DNA of 64,000 nt, taken from positions 7,827 through 71,826 of the forward strand of contig JAABTM010000001.1 in the NCBI GenBank assembly GCA_011389855.1, written 5' to 3'. The notes beneath the pieces were generated by a model that saw only the letters and a list, made by a program, of their open reading frames with translations, did no database searches and was not told where the DNA came from. Below, in pieces: positions 26,755 to 35,763 of the stretch. This DNA comes from Desulfobacteraceae bacterium. GTDB lineage: Bacteria > Desulfobacterota > Desulfobacteria > Desulfobacterales > JAABSP01. The position numbers and the translations under genes are program-made. Each line of letters begins with the position of its first letter. The stretch's first letter is position 1.

Positions 26755-28083
26755 TTATTCCAGAACTTCCAGCCCCATGGCGCGGAACAGGGCGGCCTTG
26801 AAAATTTTAAAATCGTACAGGGCGTTGTAATAATTGGACATGGTCCGGGTCAGCAGGGTCTGGGCATCCAGGACGTCGGTGCTGGTGGCCACCTGACCTT
26901 TGAACCGCTCCTCGCTGATGCGGAAACTCTCCCGGGCCTGCTCCACCGCCTGCCGCACGGTCAGGATGTTTTGTTCGGCCTCCTGGGTGTTGAGATATGC
27001 CTGTTTGACCTCGAGCAGCACCTGATCCCGCACCGCCTGCTGCTCGTACCTGGCCTGGGTGAGGCGGTTTTGCTTCTCCTCGACGGTGTAGTAGGTCTTG
27101 CCCCACTCCCAGAAATCCCATCGGGCCACCGCCGTCACGTCCCATGAGGATTTGTCGCCGATGCCCGGTCCGCCGTCCACATCCCATTCTTCGCCCCGTC
27201 GATAGTAGTTCCCCTCGAGGTCCACCGACGGAAAATACCCCGACTTGCCCAGATCCTTTTCCCGGCGGGCGATGTCCACCTCCAGCCGGGCTATCTTCAT
27301 CTCCAGCCGGTTGGATTCCGCCGCGTTGAGGCAGAATTCCAGATCCTTGCCGAAGGAGACGAGCCGGCCCCCGTCGGCCAGCTCCAGCGGCGCGTTGACC
27401 GAGCGGTGGAGGAGGCGGTTCAGGTTGGACTTGGCGATCTCCACCCGGTTGCGGGCGGTGATCAGCCCCTGCCGGGCGTTGGCCAGCTCCACCTCGGCCT
27501 TCAGAAAATCATTCAAGGGGGTCATCCCCACCTTGTAGAACTTGTGGGACACGTTCTTGTGGGCCTCGAGCTGCACCACGGCCTGTTGGGCCACGTCCAT
27601 CAGCTTCCGGGCCTTGAGAATCGTATAGAAGAGTTCCTTGGCGCCGAAGATGATGTCCTGCCGCTTGACCCGGTCGGCCAGCTTGGCCGCGTCCAGCCCG
27701 AGACGGGAGATCCGGAACCGGTTGAGCCGGTAAAAGCCGTCGAACAGCGGCTGGCTGATGGAGCCCACGAAGGTGTATTCGTCCTCGGGGACCGCGATCT
27801 CGGTCCGGGAGGACAGGTCCACCCGGCTGTACTGGTAGGACGCGCTGAAGGTCGGGAGAAACTCGCTGCGCCGGATCTTGGTGATCGCCCGGGCCGCGTC
27901 CACCTCTTTGCCGGCGACCTTCAGCCCCAGGTTGGCGTCCAGGGCGGACTGGACCGTCGCCTTCAGGTCGAAGGCCTCGGCTCCGGCCGGGGAAACCGGC
28001 CACGGCCCGCACAAAAGGAAAAACCCGGCAAGAATGAAAACGACGCCGGCGCGTCCGCCGGTCCTGCGATATGAAGATGTCAA
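26755..28083 (-). CDS. TolC-family outer membrane efflux protein
   Basis: Two repeated OEP halves. The start is placed at TTG 28083 (Leu44 of track ORF 26755..28212), preceded by GGGAGG, which puts the signal peptide (VVFILAGFFLLCGP...AGAEA) at the N-terminus. The exact start is uncertain. Confidence 0.75.
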   Translation of the reverse strand: MTSSYRRTGGRAGVVFILAGFFLLCGPWPVSPAGAEAFDLKATVQSALDANLGLKVAGKEVDAARAITKIRRSEFLPTFSASYQYSRVDLSSRTEIAVPEDEYTFVGSISQPLFDGFYRLNRFRISRLGLDAAKLADRVKRQDIIFGAKELFYTILKARKLMDVAQQAVVQLEAHKNVSHKFYKVGMTPLNDFLKAEVELANARQGLITARNRVEIAKSNLNRLLHRSVNAPLELADGGRLVSFGKDLEFCLNAAESNRLEMKIARLEVDIARREKDLGKSGYFPSVDLEGNYYRRGEEWDVDGGPGIGDKSSWDVTAVARWDFWEWGKTYYTVEEKQNRLTQARYEQQAVRDQVLLEVKQAYLNTQEAEQNILTVRQAVEQARESFRISEERFKGQVATSTDVLDAQTLLTRTMSNYYNALYDFKIFKAALFRAMGLEVLE

Positions 28084-28116
28084 GTGACGGCCTCCCGCAT
28101 GGGTTGGGTTTTGGGA

Positions 28117-28147
28117 TTGACCTGTTTCAGCTTTCTTGATATAGAAT
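28117..28147 (+). promoter_or_regulatory. candidate sigma70-type promoter of the pyrE leader
   Basis: TTGACC, a 17-nt spacer, then TATAGA (overlapping TAGAAT). It lies about 140 nt upstream of the pyrE ATG. Confidence 0.35.
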
Positions 28148-28192
28148 CGACCCGAGTTCGGGGAGTGTCGCCTCCGATATTCCTTGCTCGGG

Positions 28193-28248
28193 GCCTCCAC
28201 TGAAAATCCCATTAACAGGCTTCTTCCATGTTCAGTGGAGGCTTTTTT
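28193..28248 (+). terminator. intrinsic terminator/attenuator hairpin inside the pyrE leader
   Basis: GCCTCCACTGAA pairs with TTCAGTGGAGGC as a 12-bp perfect stem around a 26-nt loop. It is followed directly by TTTTTT, 38 nt before the pyrE ATG. No plus-strand gene lies upstream for it to terminate. Confidence 0.55.
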
Positions 28249-28286
28249 ATCGCATTATCGAATCAAAATCAACCATCGAATACACT

Positions 28287-28847
28287 ATGAAAACAGAACT
28301 GATCGACCTTCTCCGCGAAAAATCCTTCCAGTTCACCGATGCGCCGACTTTCAAGCTGGCATCGGGGAAGATGAGCCGCTTCTACGTCAACTGCAAGCCC
28401 ACCACCCTCCATCCGCGGGGCATGTTCCTCTGCGGCCATTTGATTTTCGAGGCCCTGCGCGGCCTCGACATCTCCGGCGTCGGCGGGCTGACCTTCGGCG
28501 CGGACCCCCTGGCCATGGCCGCGGCGTTCGTCTCCGAACTCGAAAAGTCGCCCCTCAAGGCCTTTTCCATCCGGAAGACCCAAAAAGACCACGGCATCGT
28601 CAAGTGGATCGAGGGGGACATGGCCCCGGGCGAACGGGTGGCCATCGTCGAGGACGTGGTCACCACCGGCGGCTCCACCCTCAAGGCGGTGGACCGGGCC
28701 CGGGCCGAGGGACTGGAGGTGGTCAGGGTGGTCGCCCTCATCGACCGCCAGGAGGACGGGGGCATGGAGCGGATCAGGGAGAAAGCGGGCGACGCCGCGG
28801 CCATCATCGCCCTGGACGAGCTGCTCCCTCCCGGTCGCGCTCTCTGA
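28287..28847 (+). CDS. pyrE: orotate phosphoribosyltransferase
   Basis: PRPP-binding motif [13 protein letters not shown]; 186 aa. Confidence 0.9.
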   Translation: MKTELIDLLREKSFQFTDAPTFKLASGKMSRFYVNCKPTTLHPRGMFLCGHLIFEALRGLDISGVGGLTFGADPLAMAAAFVSELEKSPLKAFSIRKTQKDHGIVKWIEGDMAPGERVAIVEDVVTTGGSTLKAVDRARAEGLEVVRVVALIDRQEDGGMERIREKAGDAAAIIALDELLPPGRAL

Positions 28848-30912
28848 CCGCCGCTTCCCGCTCCCGCCGCGCCTGAATCCAGTCCTCGACCCCCGCCGTC
28901 AGGGCCGCCCGCTCCGCTCTGTCCAGCGGTTTTCTCCCGAACCGGGTCCGGTAATGGAGGGCCAGCAGCGGGAAGAGCGGTTCGATATCCCCCGGCTCCT
29001 GTCGGGCCAGCCGCCGGAGCCAGTGGGACAAAGGCTCCCCGGTCTCCCGCCCATAGCCCCGTTCCGAAAGATAGGACTCGATCCGGTAGAAATCGGAATC
29101 GGCCCCGGGCCGGATCTCCGGGCCGCGCCGGACCGCCTCGGCCGTCCGGACCCGCCGGACGCCGCCCCGTTCCCGGTAAAACCGCCGCGCCAGCACCAGC
29201 GCCAACGGGATCAGCAGCCAGACCAGGTGCTTCCGGGCCTCCTCCCGGTACCGGAGCCAGGAAATCCGGTATCGCAGCCAGGCCCAAAGATCGGACATCA
29301 GGGTCCACCCGGCGGCCTCCCGCTCGATGCGGGACCAGTCCGGCGGCGTCACGTCCACCGCCCGCCAGGCGCCGCCGACCCAGGCCAGTGCCCAGGCATG
29401 GGCGTGGCGGTCCCGGACCACGAAGGCCTTTTCCAGCCGGCTGTATTCCTGGACCGAATACCCCACGGCGTACCGGGCCGGCACACCGGCGGCCCGTAAT
29501 AACAGCGTCGCCGCCGTGGCGAAATACTCGCAGTGCCCGGCCCGGCTCCGGACCAGAAAATCGGCCAGAGGCATGGAACCGCTCCCCCGAAGGGCCGGGT
29601 CCAGCGAATACGAAAACCCCTGCCCGAAAAACCGCGCCACGCCCCTCACCGCCGCGTCCGACGCCCCCCCTTTGTCCCTCTGTCCCTCTGTCCCTTTGTC
29701 CCTCCGTCCCTCCGTCCCTTTGTCCCTCCGTCCCCCTGTCCCTTTGTCCCTCCGATCCACTTCCCCACCGATCCCTTCAGCGCTCACGATCCTGTACAGA
29801 ATCTCCGCCAGGTTCCCCGGAATCACCAAATCGTTGGCGTCGGGCGGCCTGGCGAAACCGGCCGCCGGATGATGCCGGGCCGTGTAATCCACTAGGCCGG
29901 GCGCGCCCGCGGCCCGGACGGCGCCGTAGGGGTTGACCGCCACCTCGTCGGCCGGCAGGCCGGAGATCCGGAAGGTCCCCAGGGGCAGCGGCAGGAGCCC
30001 CTCGCCGCCGGAGAGGGGCGTGATAACGGTGACCGTTCGGGCCGGGGACCGGGCCGCGGCCAGGGGCCACTCGCCGCCGCCGGCCTTCCGGACCGTCTCG
30101 AATTGGGCCTTGACCGCATACCACCGGGAATGGCGGTAGGAATTGTAACTCGTCTCCCGGAGCAGCAGACTTTCGCCGCCGGGGTCCGGCCCCCGGACCC
30201 GGAACCTGATCCGGTCCGAGGGCTTCAGTTCCCCCACATCGCCGATGGCGGTCACGGTCCGGAACGGGTCCGCGTCTCCGTTCAGGCTGGCGAACCATTC
30301 CAGCCCCTTCTCCTCGATGATCCCCTGGAGCCGGTGCAGCCCCGCCTGGCCGGCCCAGCCCAGGGCCCCCGCCAGGAGGAGGATCATCCCCCAGAGAACC
30401 GGGGAAAACCGCCGGGACCGGCTGGGCGACAGCCCCAGCCCCGCCAGAAGGAGCACCCCCGGAAAATAACCGGGACTCCGGAAATTAGCGGCGCCGGCCG
30501 ACAGGACGCAGAGGATCCCGTAGGGATAGGTGAGATCGAGGACCACGGCCCGGTCCTGGCTTTTTTTCCCCTTCCGGAAGATCAAAGAGAGGGCCCGGAG
30601 ATCGACGCCGGCGCCGGCGCTCAGCTTCTGGGCCATGATGATGGGGAAATAGGCCATGGGCAGCCACTGGAGGGCGATGAAGACAACCTGGGTGGGGGGC
30701 CTCGTGGCCAGCAGCCAGAGGACCATTCCGATGAAAAGGGTGGTGCAGGCGTCGGAGACCCGGTTGAAATCCGAAAGGGAAAATTCCCACCGCCGCCGCA
30801 AAAATCCGGCCCCTTCCACCGCCGCCGCCATGACGGCGGCGATCTCCCAAAAGCCGGTCCGCCACCCCCAGAAGAGGAGACAGCCCCCCAGGAGCCATCG
30901 CGGCGGCTTCAT
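28804..30912 (-). CDS. transglutaminase-like membrane protein (TgpA-like: DUF3488 + transglutaminase core)
   Basis: The N-terminal region is polytopic. The core motif [28 protein letters not shown] contains the catalytic Cys. An octamer-repeat-derived insert lies at residues ~386-416. Confidence 0.8.
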   Translation of the reverse strand: MKPPRWLLGGCLLFWGWRTGFWEIAAVMAAAVEGAGFLRRRWEFSLSDFNRVSDACTTLFIGMVLWLLATRPPTQVVFIALQWLPMAYFPIIMAQKLSAGAGVDLRALSLIFRKGKKSQDRAVVLDLTYPYGILCVLSAGAANFRSPGYFPGVLLLAGLGLSPSRSRRFSPVLWGMILLLAGALGWAGQAGLHRLQGIIEEKGLEWFASLNGDADPFRTVTAIGDVGELKPSDRIRFRVRGPDPGGESLLLRETSYNSYRHSRWYAVKAQFETVRKAGGGEWPLAAARSPARTVTVITPLSGGEGLLPLPLGTFRISGLPADEVAVNPYGAVRAAGAPGLVDYTARHHPAAGFARPPDANDLVIPGNLAEILYRIVSAEGIGGEVDRRDKGTGGRRDKGTEGRRDKGTEGQRDKGGASDAAVRGVARFFGQGFSYSLDPALRGSGSMPLADFLVRSRAGHCEYFATAATLLLRAAGVPARYAVGYSVQEYSRLEKAFVVRDRHAHAWALAWVGGAWRAVDVTPPDWSRIEREAAGWTLMSDLWAWLRYRISWLRYREEARKHLVWLLIPLALVLARRFYRERGGVRRVRTAEAVRRGPEIRPGADSDFYRIESYLSERGYGRETGEPLSHWLRRLARQEPGDIEPLFPLLALHYRTRFGRKPLDRAERAALTAGVEDWIQARREREAAVRERDREGAARPGR
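29665..29757 (-). repeat. about 11 tandem units of the 8-nt repeat (GGGACAGA family) inside the tgpA-like CDS
   Basis: The plus strand reads CCCTTTGT CCCTCTGT CCCTCTGT CCCTTTGT CCCTCCGT ... It is translated in frame as [31 protein letters not shown]. Confidence 0.85.
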
Positions 30913-32261
30913 GAGACCGCCAGATCCGCCCGGAGCCGGTGGGGCCGGAGCCGGTGAAACCGGTCGGGCCGATCCGCCATGGGGCCGGGGTCGATGTCCC
31001 GGGCCTCGGCGTCCGTCGCCAGGTAGACCCGGACCGGCAGGCCCAGGGCCCGGAGCGACCCGACAAAGTCCCGGCGCTCCCGGTCCCAGGCGATGAGCAC
31101 GCAGATGCAGCCGCTGAGGGCCGGAGCCCGGGACAGGGCCATGGCGGCCAGCGCGTCGAAGGGTTTGTCCAGGCAGGGGCCGACGCCGGCCAGGATTTCC
31201 AGGAGCCGGTCCGTCTGGGTCAATCCCCGGCCCGCCGTGAAGCAGTAGGCCTCGTCGCCTACGAACATCAGGTCCAGCAGGGAATCCTGGGGGCCGCCGG
31301 CGCAGGCGAAGGAGGCGGCGACGGAGACTGCGGCCTCGAAGACCGGGTCGTGTTTCCGCCGGCCGAAGGTGTCCAGCACCAGGGCGTGGCGGACGAAGAA
31401 CTCATCCAGATACTCCTTGACCACCGGCCGGCCGGTGCGGGCCCAGCTCCGCCAGTGGATCCGGCGCAGGGAATCGCCGGGCCGGTAGTCCCGGAGGGAG
31501 ACGAACTCTTCAGACTCCCCCACGGAGGTGGTCAGGGCCACGCCCCCCGACTGATACCGCCGGCCCGAGGGCAGGGTCCGTTCGGGGATCGGGTAGCGCC
31601 GGGGCAGGATGGCCACCGCCTGGGGCGCCGGGACCCGGATCATGGAATTGACCAGCCCCAGGGGATCGGGTCGGGCGATGGTCGCCCCTTCGAACCGGAG
31701 CCGGCCCCGGGCCGCGGGGACGATCTCCACGGCGATCTCCGCCGCGCCGCCGGGCGGAATGTCCGGCAGCGGGCTGGCCCCGGCGCCGGAAAACCGGGGC
31801 TGTTTCAGGGAGATCAGCCACTGCCACCGGTAGAAGCGCACGTACCGGTCGAAGCGGTTACGGTCCGCTTCCCCGGGTTCGGGAGTTTCCAGGAACTGCC
31901 GGTAACCGGGCCGGGGGTCGGCCATGTCCTCGAAGAGATGGAGCCCCCGCTGGGGTTTGTTGGATCGGTTCTCGACCCGTATCCGATAAGTCAGGGGATC
32001 GTCGGCCGTGCCGAACCGGGGCAGGCGCCGGTCCACCGTAAACCGGCCCCGGAAAAAAGGGATGAAGGCGAAGGCGATCAGCAGAAGGGAGAAAAAGAGC
32101 GTAAAGGCCTGGTAGGCGAGGGTCCGGTTGGTGTCGATGCCCACCACCGCGGACGCGATCAACGCCCCCAGCATCAGGCGGCCGGCGGGGGTGAAGCGGC
32201 GGCCCATCCATTGATTGAACCCATGGAATTTGCGAAAACTGATGAACAGCAGGCGGCGCAT
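30909..32261 (-). CDS. DUF58 domain protein
   Basis: Two N-terminal TM helices, then FVSLRDYRPGDSLRRIHWRSWARTGRPVVKEY (DUF58 signature). It overlaps the tgpA-like start. Confidence 0.8.
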   Translation of the reverse strand: MRRLLFISFRKFHGFNQWMGRRFTPAGRLMLGALIASAVVGIDTNRTLAYQAFTLFFSLLLIAFAFIPFFRGRFTVDRRLPRFGTADDPLTYRIRVENRSNKPQRGLHLFEDMADPRPGYRQFLETPEPGEADRNRFDRYVRFYRWQWLISLKQPRFSGAGASPLPDIPPGGAAEIAVEIVPAARGRLRFEGATIARPDPLGLVNSMIRVPAPQAVAILPRRYPIPERTLPSGRRYQSGGVALTTSVGESEEFVSLRDYRPGDSLRRIHWRSWARTGRPVVKEYLDEFFVRHALVLDTFGRRKHDPVFEAAVSVAASFACAGGPQDSLLDLMFVGDEAYCFTAGRGLTQTDRLLEILAGVGPCLDKPFDALAAMALSRAPALSGCICVLIAWDRERRDFVGSLRALGLPVRVYLATDAEARDIDPGPMADRPDRFHRLRPHRLRADLAVS

Positions 32262-32331
32262 GGCGGCATTCCATCCTTGAAATTCCCTTAAAGCTGCTGT
32301 TTACCATGGTCAACATCCCATTGACAACCCG

Positions 32332-32354
32332 TTCATTTGGCGATAACAAATGAA
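32332..32354. promoter_or_regulatory. candidate operator: 8-bp perfect inverted repeat TTCATTTG-N7-CAAATGAA
   Basis: It sits in the 150-nt divergent intergenic region between the DUF58 gene and the binding-protein gene. A TTGACA box lies just upstream, about 6 nt before the repeat. Confidence 0.3.
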
Positions 32355-32411
32355 TTTATGGCAAAAATTGACAGGTAGCCCGAATGAGATCCCTTTAAGA
32401 GGAACGCACTT

Positions 32412-33584
32412 TTGAGAAGGTTTCCCCTATATCTTTTAATGGTCTTGCTCTTGATGATCGCATCCCTGCCTGCGGCCGGTCGATCCGAGGATTACAAAAC
32501 GACCCCCACCCTCAACGAGGGCAAAAAATGGCGCATCGCCTACTACGAAAGCGGACCCTATGCGGATTACCACCAGACCCTGAAGGTCGTCGTCCAGGGT
32601 CTCATGGATTTGGGATGGATCGAGCCGAAACCCGTGCCGGAATTCCCCGACCTGGACGACAACCGGCCCTTGTGGCGGTGGCTCAACCACTCCGCCAGAA
32701 GCGACTATCTTCGTTTTCTGGAAGACGGCTATTGGTCGGCCGACTGGGAGGATGACAGGCAAATCGCCAACCGGGAGATGTGCATCGACCGATTGAAGCG
32801 GGGCGACGTCGATCTGATCATCGCCATGGGTACCAGGGCCGGCCAGGATCTGGCCAACGACCGCCACGCCGTGCCGACCTTCGTCATGTCCTCCACGGAT
32901 CCGGTGGCCTCGGGCATTGTTCGCAGCGTTGAGGATTCGGGCTATGACCACGTGATCGCCAAGTGCGAACCGTACCGGTACATCCGGCAAATCCATCTAT
33001 GCTACGATATCTTTCGTTTCAATGTCATCGGCGTGGTGAATGACGACCTTGACCCGGACGGCCGCGTTTTCAGCCATCTTGATCATCTGAAACGGGTGGG
33101 GGCGGCAAGGGGTTTTCGGGTGGTCGCCTGCAACGCCCCGGATCGGGACAATTCCCTGGAAACCGTCGCCCTCGCTTACCGAAAATGCGTCCGCTCCCTG
33201 GCGCCCAAAATCGACCTTTTTTACCTTTCCCACCACCGGGGCGCGAACCCCGAATTTTTATACGAGACCCTGAAGCCGCTCTACGCCAGGGGGGTGCCGG
33301 CATGGTCCAGCCGGGGATCCATCCTGGTGAAGGCCGGCGCCGTCATGAGCATCTCACGGGAAGATTTCTCGTTTCTGGCGCCGTTTTACGCGGAGGCCAT
33401 TGCAAAAATCTTTAACGGCGTGAAACCCCGGGAACTCGACCAGCGCGTCAAGGAGACGCTCCAACTGGCCGTCAATCTGGAAGCCGCCCGGTTGACGGGC
33501 TACACCGTCCCGCCCAATGTTCTGAAAATCGCCGATACCGTATACCATCGGATCGAAAAGCCGTCCGATGGACCGGAGAATTGA
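32412..33584 (+). CDS. periplasmic substrate-binding-like protein (ABC-type, probable sensor partner)
   Basis: TTG start preceded by AGAGGA, with a signal peptide. The overall pattern resembles PF04392-type binding proteins. The gene is followed 4 nt later by a histidine kinase. Confidence 0.55.
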   Translation: MRRFPLYLLMVLLLMIASLPAAGRSEDYKTTPTLNEGKKWRIAYYESGPYADYHQTLKVVVQGLMDLGWIEPKPVPEFPDLDDNRPLWRWLNHSARSDYLRFLEDGYWSADWEDDRQIANREMCIDRLKRGDVDLIIAMGTRAGQDLANDRHAVPTFVMSSTDPVASGIVRSVEDSGYDHVIAKCEPYRYIRQIHLCYDIFRFNVIGVVNDDLDPDGRVFSHLDHLKRVGAARGFRVVACNAPDRDNSLETVALAYRKCVRSLAPKIDLFYLSHHRGANPEFLYETLKPLYARGVPAWSSRGSILVKAGAVMSISREDFSFLAPFYAEAIAKIFNGVKPRELDQRVKETLQLAVNLEAARLTGYTVPPNVLKIADTVYHRIEKPSDGPEN

Positions 33585-33587
33585 TCC

Positions 33588-35060
33588 ATGCGCGCCAGCA
33601 AAAAGATAGAATCCGCCGTCATTATCGCCATATCGCTCCTTTTCGGGCTGATCTTCTGGCTGGTGGACGGTATGTTCGAATACCAGTTTTTCCACGAAAA
33701 CCTGAGCTTTCTGCTCCTGGAAGGCCCCGAGACGCTCTGGCAGGCGCTCTTTACAAAGGTTCCGCCCCATTCCCTGTTCGTCCGGTTTTCATTTATCGCC
33801 GCATCGCTTTTGGGCGGGGTCCTGACGGCCCTGTTCGTCTATCGAAAACGCAAAAGCGACGAAGCCCTTTTGGAAAGCCGGCGGGAAAAAATGGACCTTC
33901 AGTCCCGGTTCAACCGATCCCGGAAAATGGAATCCATGGGGATACTGGTGGGCAGCGTGGCCCACGATCTGAACAACATCCTCTCCGGCGTGGTGAGCTA
34001 TCCGGAGATGCTGTTGAGAGACCGGTCCTTAAACGGCAATCACCGGGAACTGGTGGCGGCGACCCTGGAGTCCGGCCAGCGGGCCGTGGCCGTGGTGTCG
34101 GATCTGCTGACCATCGCCCGGGGCGTGACGAGCCCGAAACCCCCGCTGGACCTCAACGGGCTGGTGAGGGAGTTTCTCAGCTCCCCGGAATTTTTAGAAC
34201 TCCGAAAGGCCCATCCCCATGTGTCCGTGGAAACCGATCTGGAAAACAATCTGGCCCGGATCAACGGGTCGGCCCTTCACATCCGGAAAGCCCTCATGAA
34301 CCTGGTGGCCAATGCCGCCGAAGCCGTGACCGGAAAGGGCGCCATCCGCATCCGGAGCGGTCGGCGGACCCTGACGGAACCCCATTCCGGGTATACCGAG
34401 ATCCCGCCCGGAGACTACGCGGTCCTGACGGTGTCCGACACCGGCGGCGGGATATCCCGGGAGGATCTGGGACAGATTTTCCAGCCATTCTACACCCGGA
34501 AGATGATGGGCCGGAGCGGCACGGGGCTGGGATTGACGGTGGTCTGGAACACGGTCCAGGACCATGAAGGGTACCTCGACGTGACCAACGGCCCCGAGGG
34601 CGCGGTTTTCCGGATGTATTTCGAGACCACCCGCGCGCCGGCGACCCGGCCTCGCCCCGCGGCGGCCCCCGCCCTGGAGGAGTGCCAGGGCGCCGGCGAA
34701 AAGATCCTGGTTATCGACGACGAACCGACCCAGCGGGACATCGCATGCCGGATGCTGGGCCTCCTGGGGTATCGGACCGAGGCGGTGGGAAGCGGGGAAG
34801 ATGCCGTGGACTATCTCAAGGTCCATTCCGCGGACCTGCTCGTCCTGGACATGTTCATGAAAGACGGGATGAACGGGCCGGAGACCTATGAAGCGATCTT
34901 GAAGATCAATCCCCGGCAGAAAGCCATCATCGCCAGCGGTTATGCGGAGAATCGGTCGGTCCGGCGAACCCAGGCGGCCGGGGCCGGGGCTTTCCTCATC
35001 AAGCCTTACGACATGGAGACCATAGGACTGGCCATCCGGAAGGAGCTGAAGGGGGCCTGA
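33588..35060 (+). CDS. hybrid sensor histidine kinase / response regulator
   Basis: Two TM helices, then the H-box SVAHDLNNIL. HATPase motifs follow (NLVANAAEA, DTGGGI, GTGLGL). The C-terminal REC domain reads ILVIDDEP...DLLVLDMFM...KPY. Confidence 0.85.
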   Translation: MRASKKIESAVIIAISLLFGLIFWLVDGMFEYQFFHENLSFLLLEGPETLWQALFTKVPPHSLFVRFSFIAASLLGGVLTALFVYRKRKSDEALLESRREKMDLQSRFNRSRKMESMGILVGSVAHDLNNILSGVVSYPEMLLRDRSLNGNHRELVAATLESGQRAVAVVSDLLTIARGVTSPKPPLDLNGLVREFLSSPEFLELRKAHPHVSVETDLENNLARINGSALHIRKALMNLVANAAEAVTGKGAIRIRSGRRTLTEPHSGYTEIPPGDYAVLTVSDTGGGISREDLGQIFQPFYTRKMMGRSGTGLGLTVVWNTVQDHEGYLDVTNGPEGAVFRMYFETTRAPATRPRPAAAPALEECQGAGEKILVIDDEPTQRDIACRMLGLLGYRTEAVGSGEDAVDYLKVHSADLLVLDMFMKDGMNGPETYEAILKINPRQKAIIASGYAENRSVRRTQAAGAGAFLIKPYDMETIGLAIRKELKGA

Positions 35061-35763
35061 CCTCGCCATCCGACCCGTCGAGGAGGATGCCCCGCCGCAC
35101 CGCCCGAACCAGGCGCGCCATCCCGTCGGGATCACGCCTCAACCGCCGTCGCAAGGCGGCGCTGACCTCCATCTGAACCCCTTTCCCTGAACGCCCCCGG
35201 TTGCAGATGTTGGCCGGATGTTCCCCCGCCAGCCCCGCCGATGGCGGCCGGACCGGAAAACCGGCCCGCGCCAATTCGACGGCGATCCGCCGACGCCGTT
35301 CCCCGTCCAGCCCTCCGACCATCACAAACGCGGTTTCAACGTCCCGGTGGCCGTGTACCGCGACCACCACATCGGCCCGCTTCAGGGCCGCCAGGGCCCG
35401 GGGCTCGTCGAAAAGATGGCTTGGCAGATGAAGCCGCCGGTTGCCGCTTTCCAGACACCCCCGGAAACAATAAAGGGAAAACCGGTCCCCGGCGATGGCC
35501 GCCGCCAGTCCGCCGGTTCCCGGCTCGATCCGTCCGCCGTGGGGCGCCGTCACCAGCACCGGCGAATTTTGGCGGTGGTGTTCGACGGTGAAATCCCGTC
35601 CTTCCACGGCCCATTTGCAAAGGCGGGCATAGGCGCCGCTCAGTGGACGTCCCGGCAGGGCCCTTCCCCCAACCGGTCCGCCTTCCGGCACAGCCGCGCG
35701 AAGTGGTCTTTGATCCGTTTTAGGACCACGGCCCGGTCCGCCGGCATGTCGGAATAGACCCAT
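34999..35763 (-). CDS. poly-gamma-glutamate hydrolase family (PghP/YjqB-like, DUF867) zinc hydrolase
   Basis: VLVTAPHGGRIEPGTG...LHLPSHLFDEP...VVVAVHG motifs. The start is uncertain. The only ATG (35763) gives a 124-nt overlap with the upstream gene, and homology begins near residue 45. A CTG at 35643 overlaps the upstream stop. Confidence 0.65.
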   Translation of the reverse strand: MGLFRHAGGPGRGPKTDQRPLRAAVPEGGPVGGRALPGRPLSGAYARLCKWAVEGRDFTVEHHRQNSPVLVTAPHGGRIEPGTGGLAAAIAGDRFSLYCFRGCLESGNRRLHLPSHLFDEPRALAALKRADVVVAVHGHRDVETAFVMVGGLDGERRRRIAVELARAGFPVRPPSAGLAGEHPANICNRGRSGKGVQMEVSAALRRRLRRDPDGMARLVRAVRRGILLDGSDGEVRPPSAPSGWPVLWSPCRKA

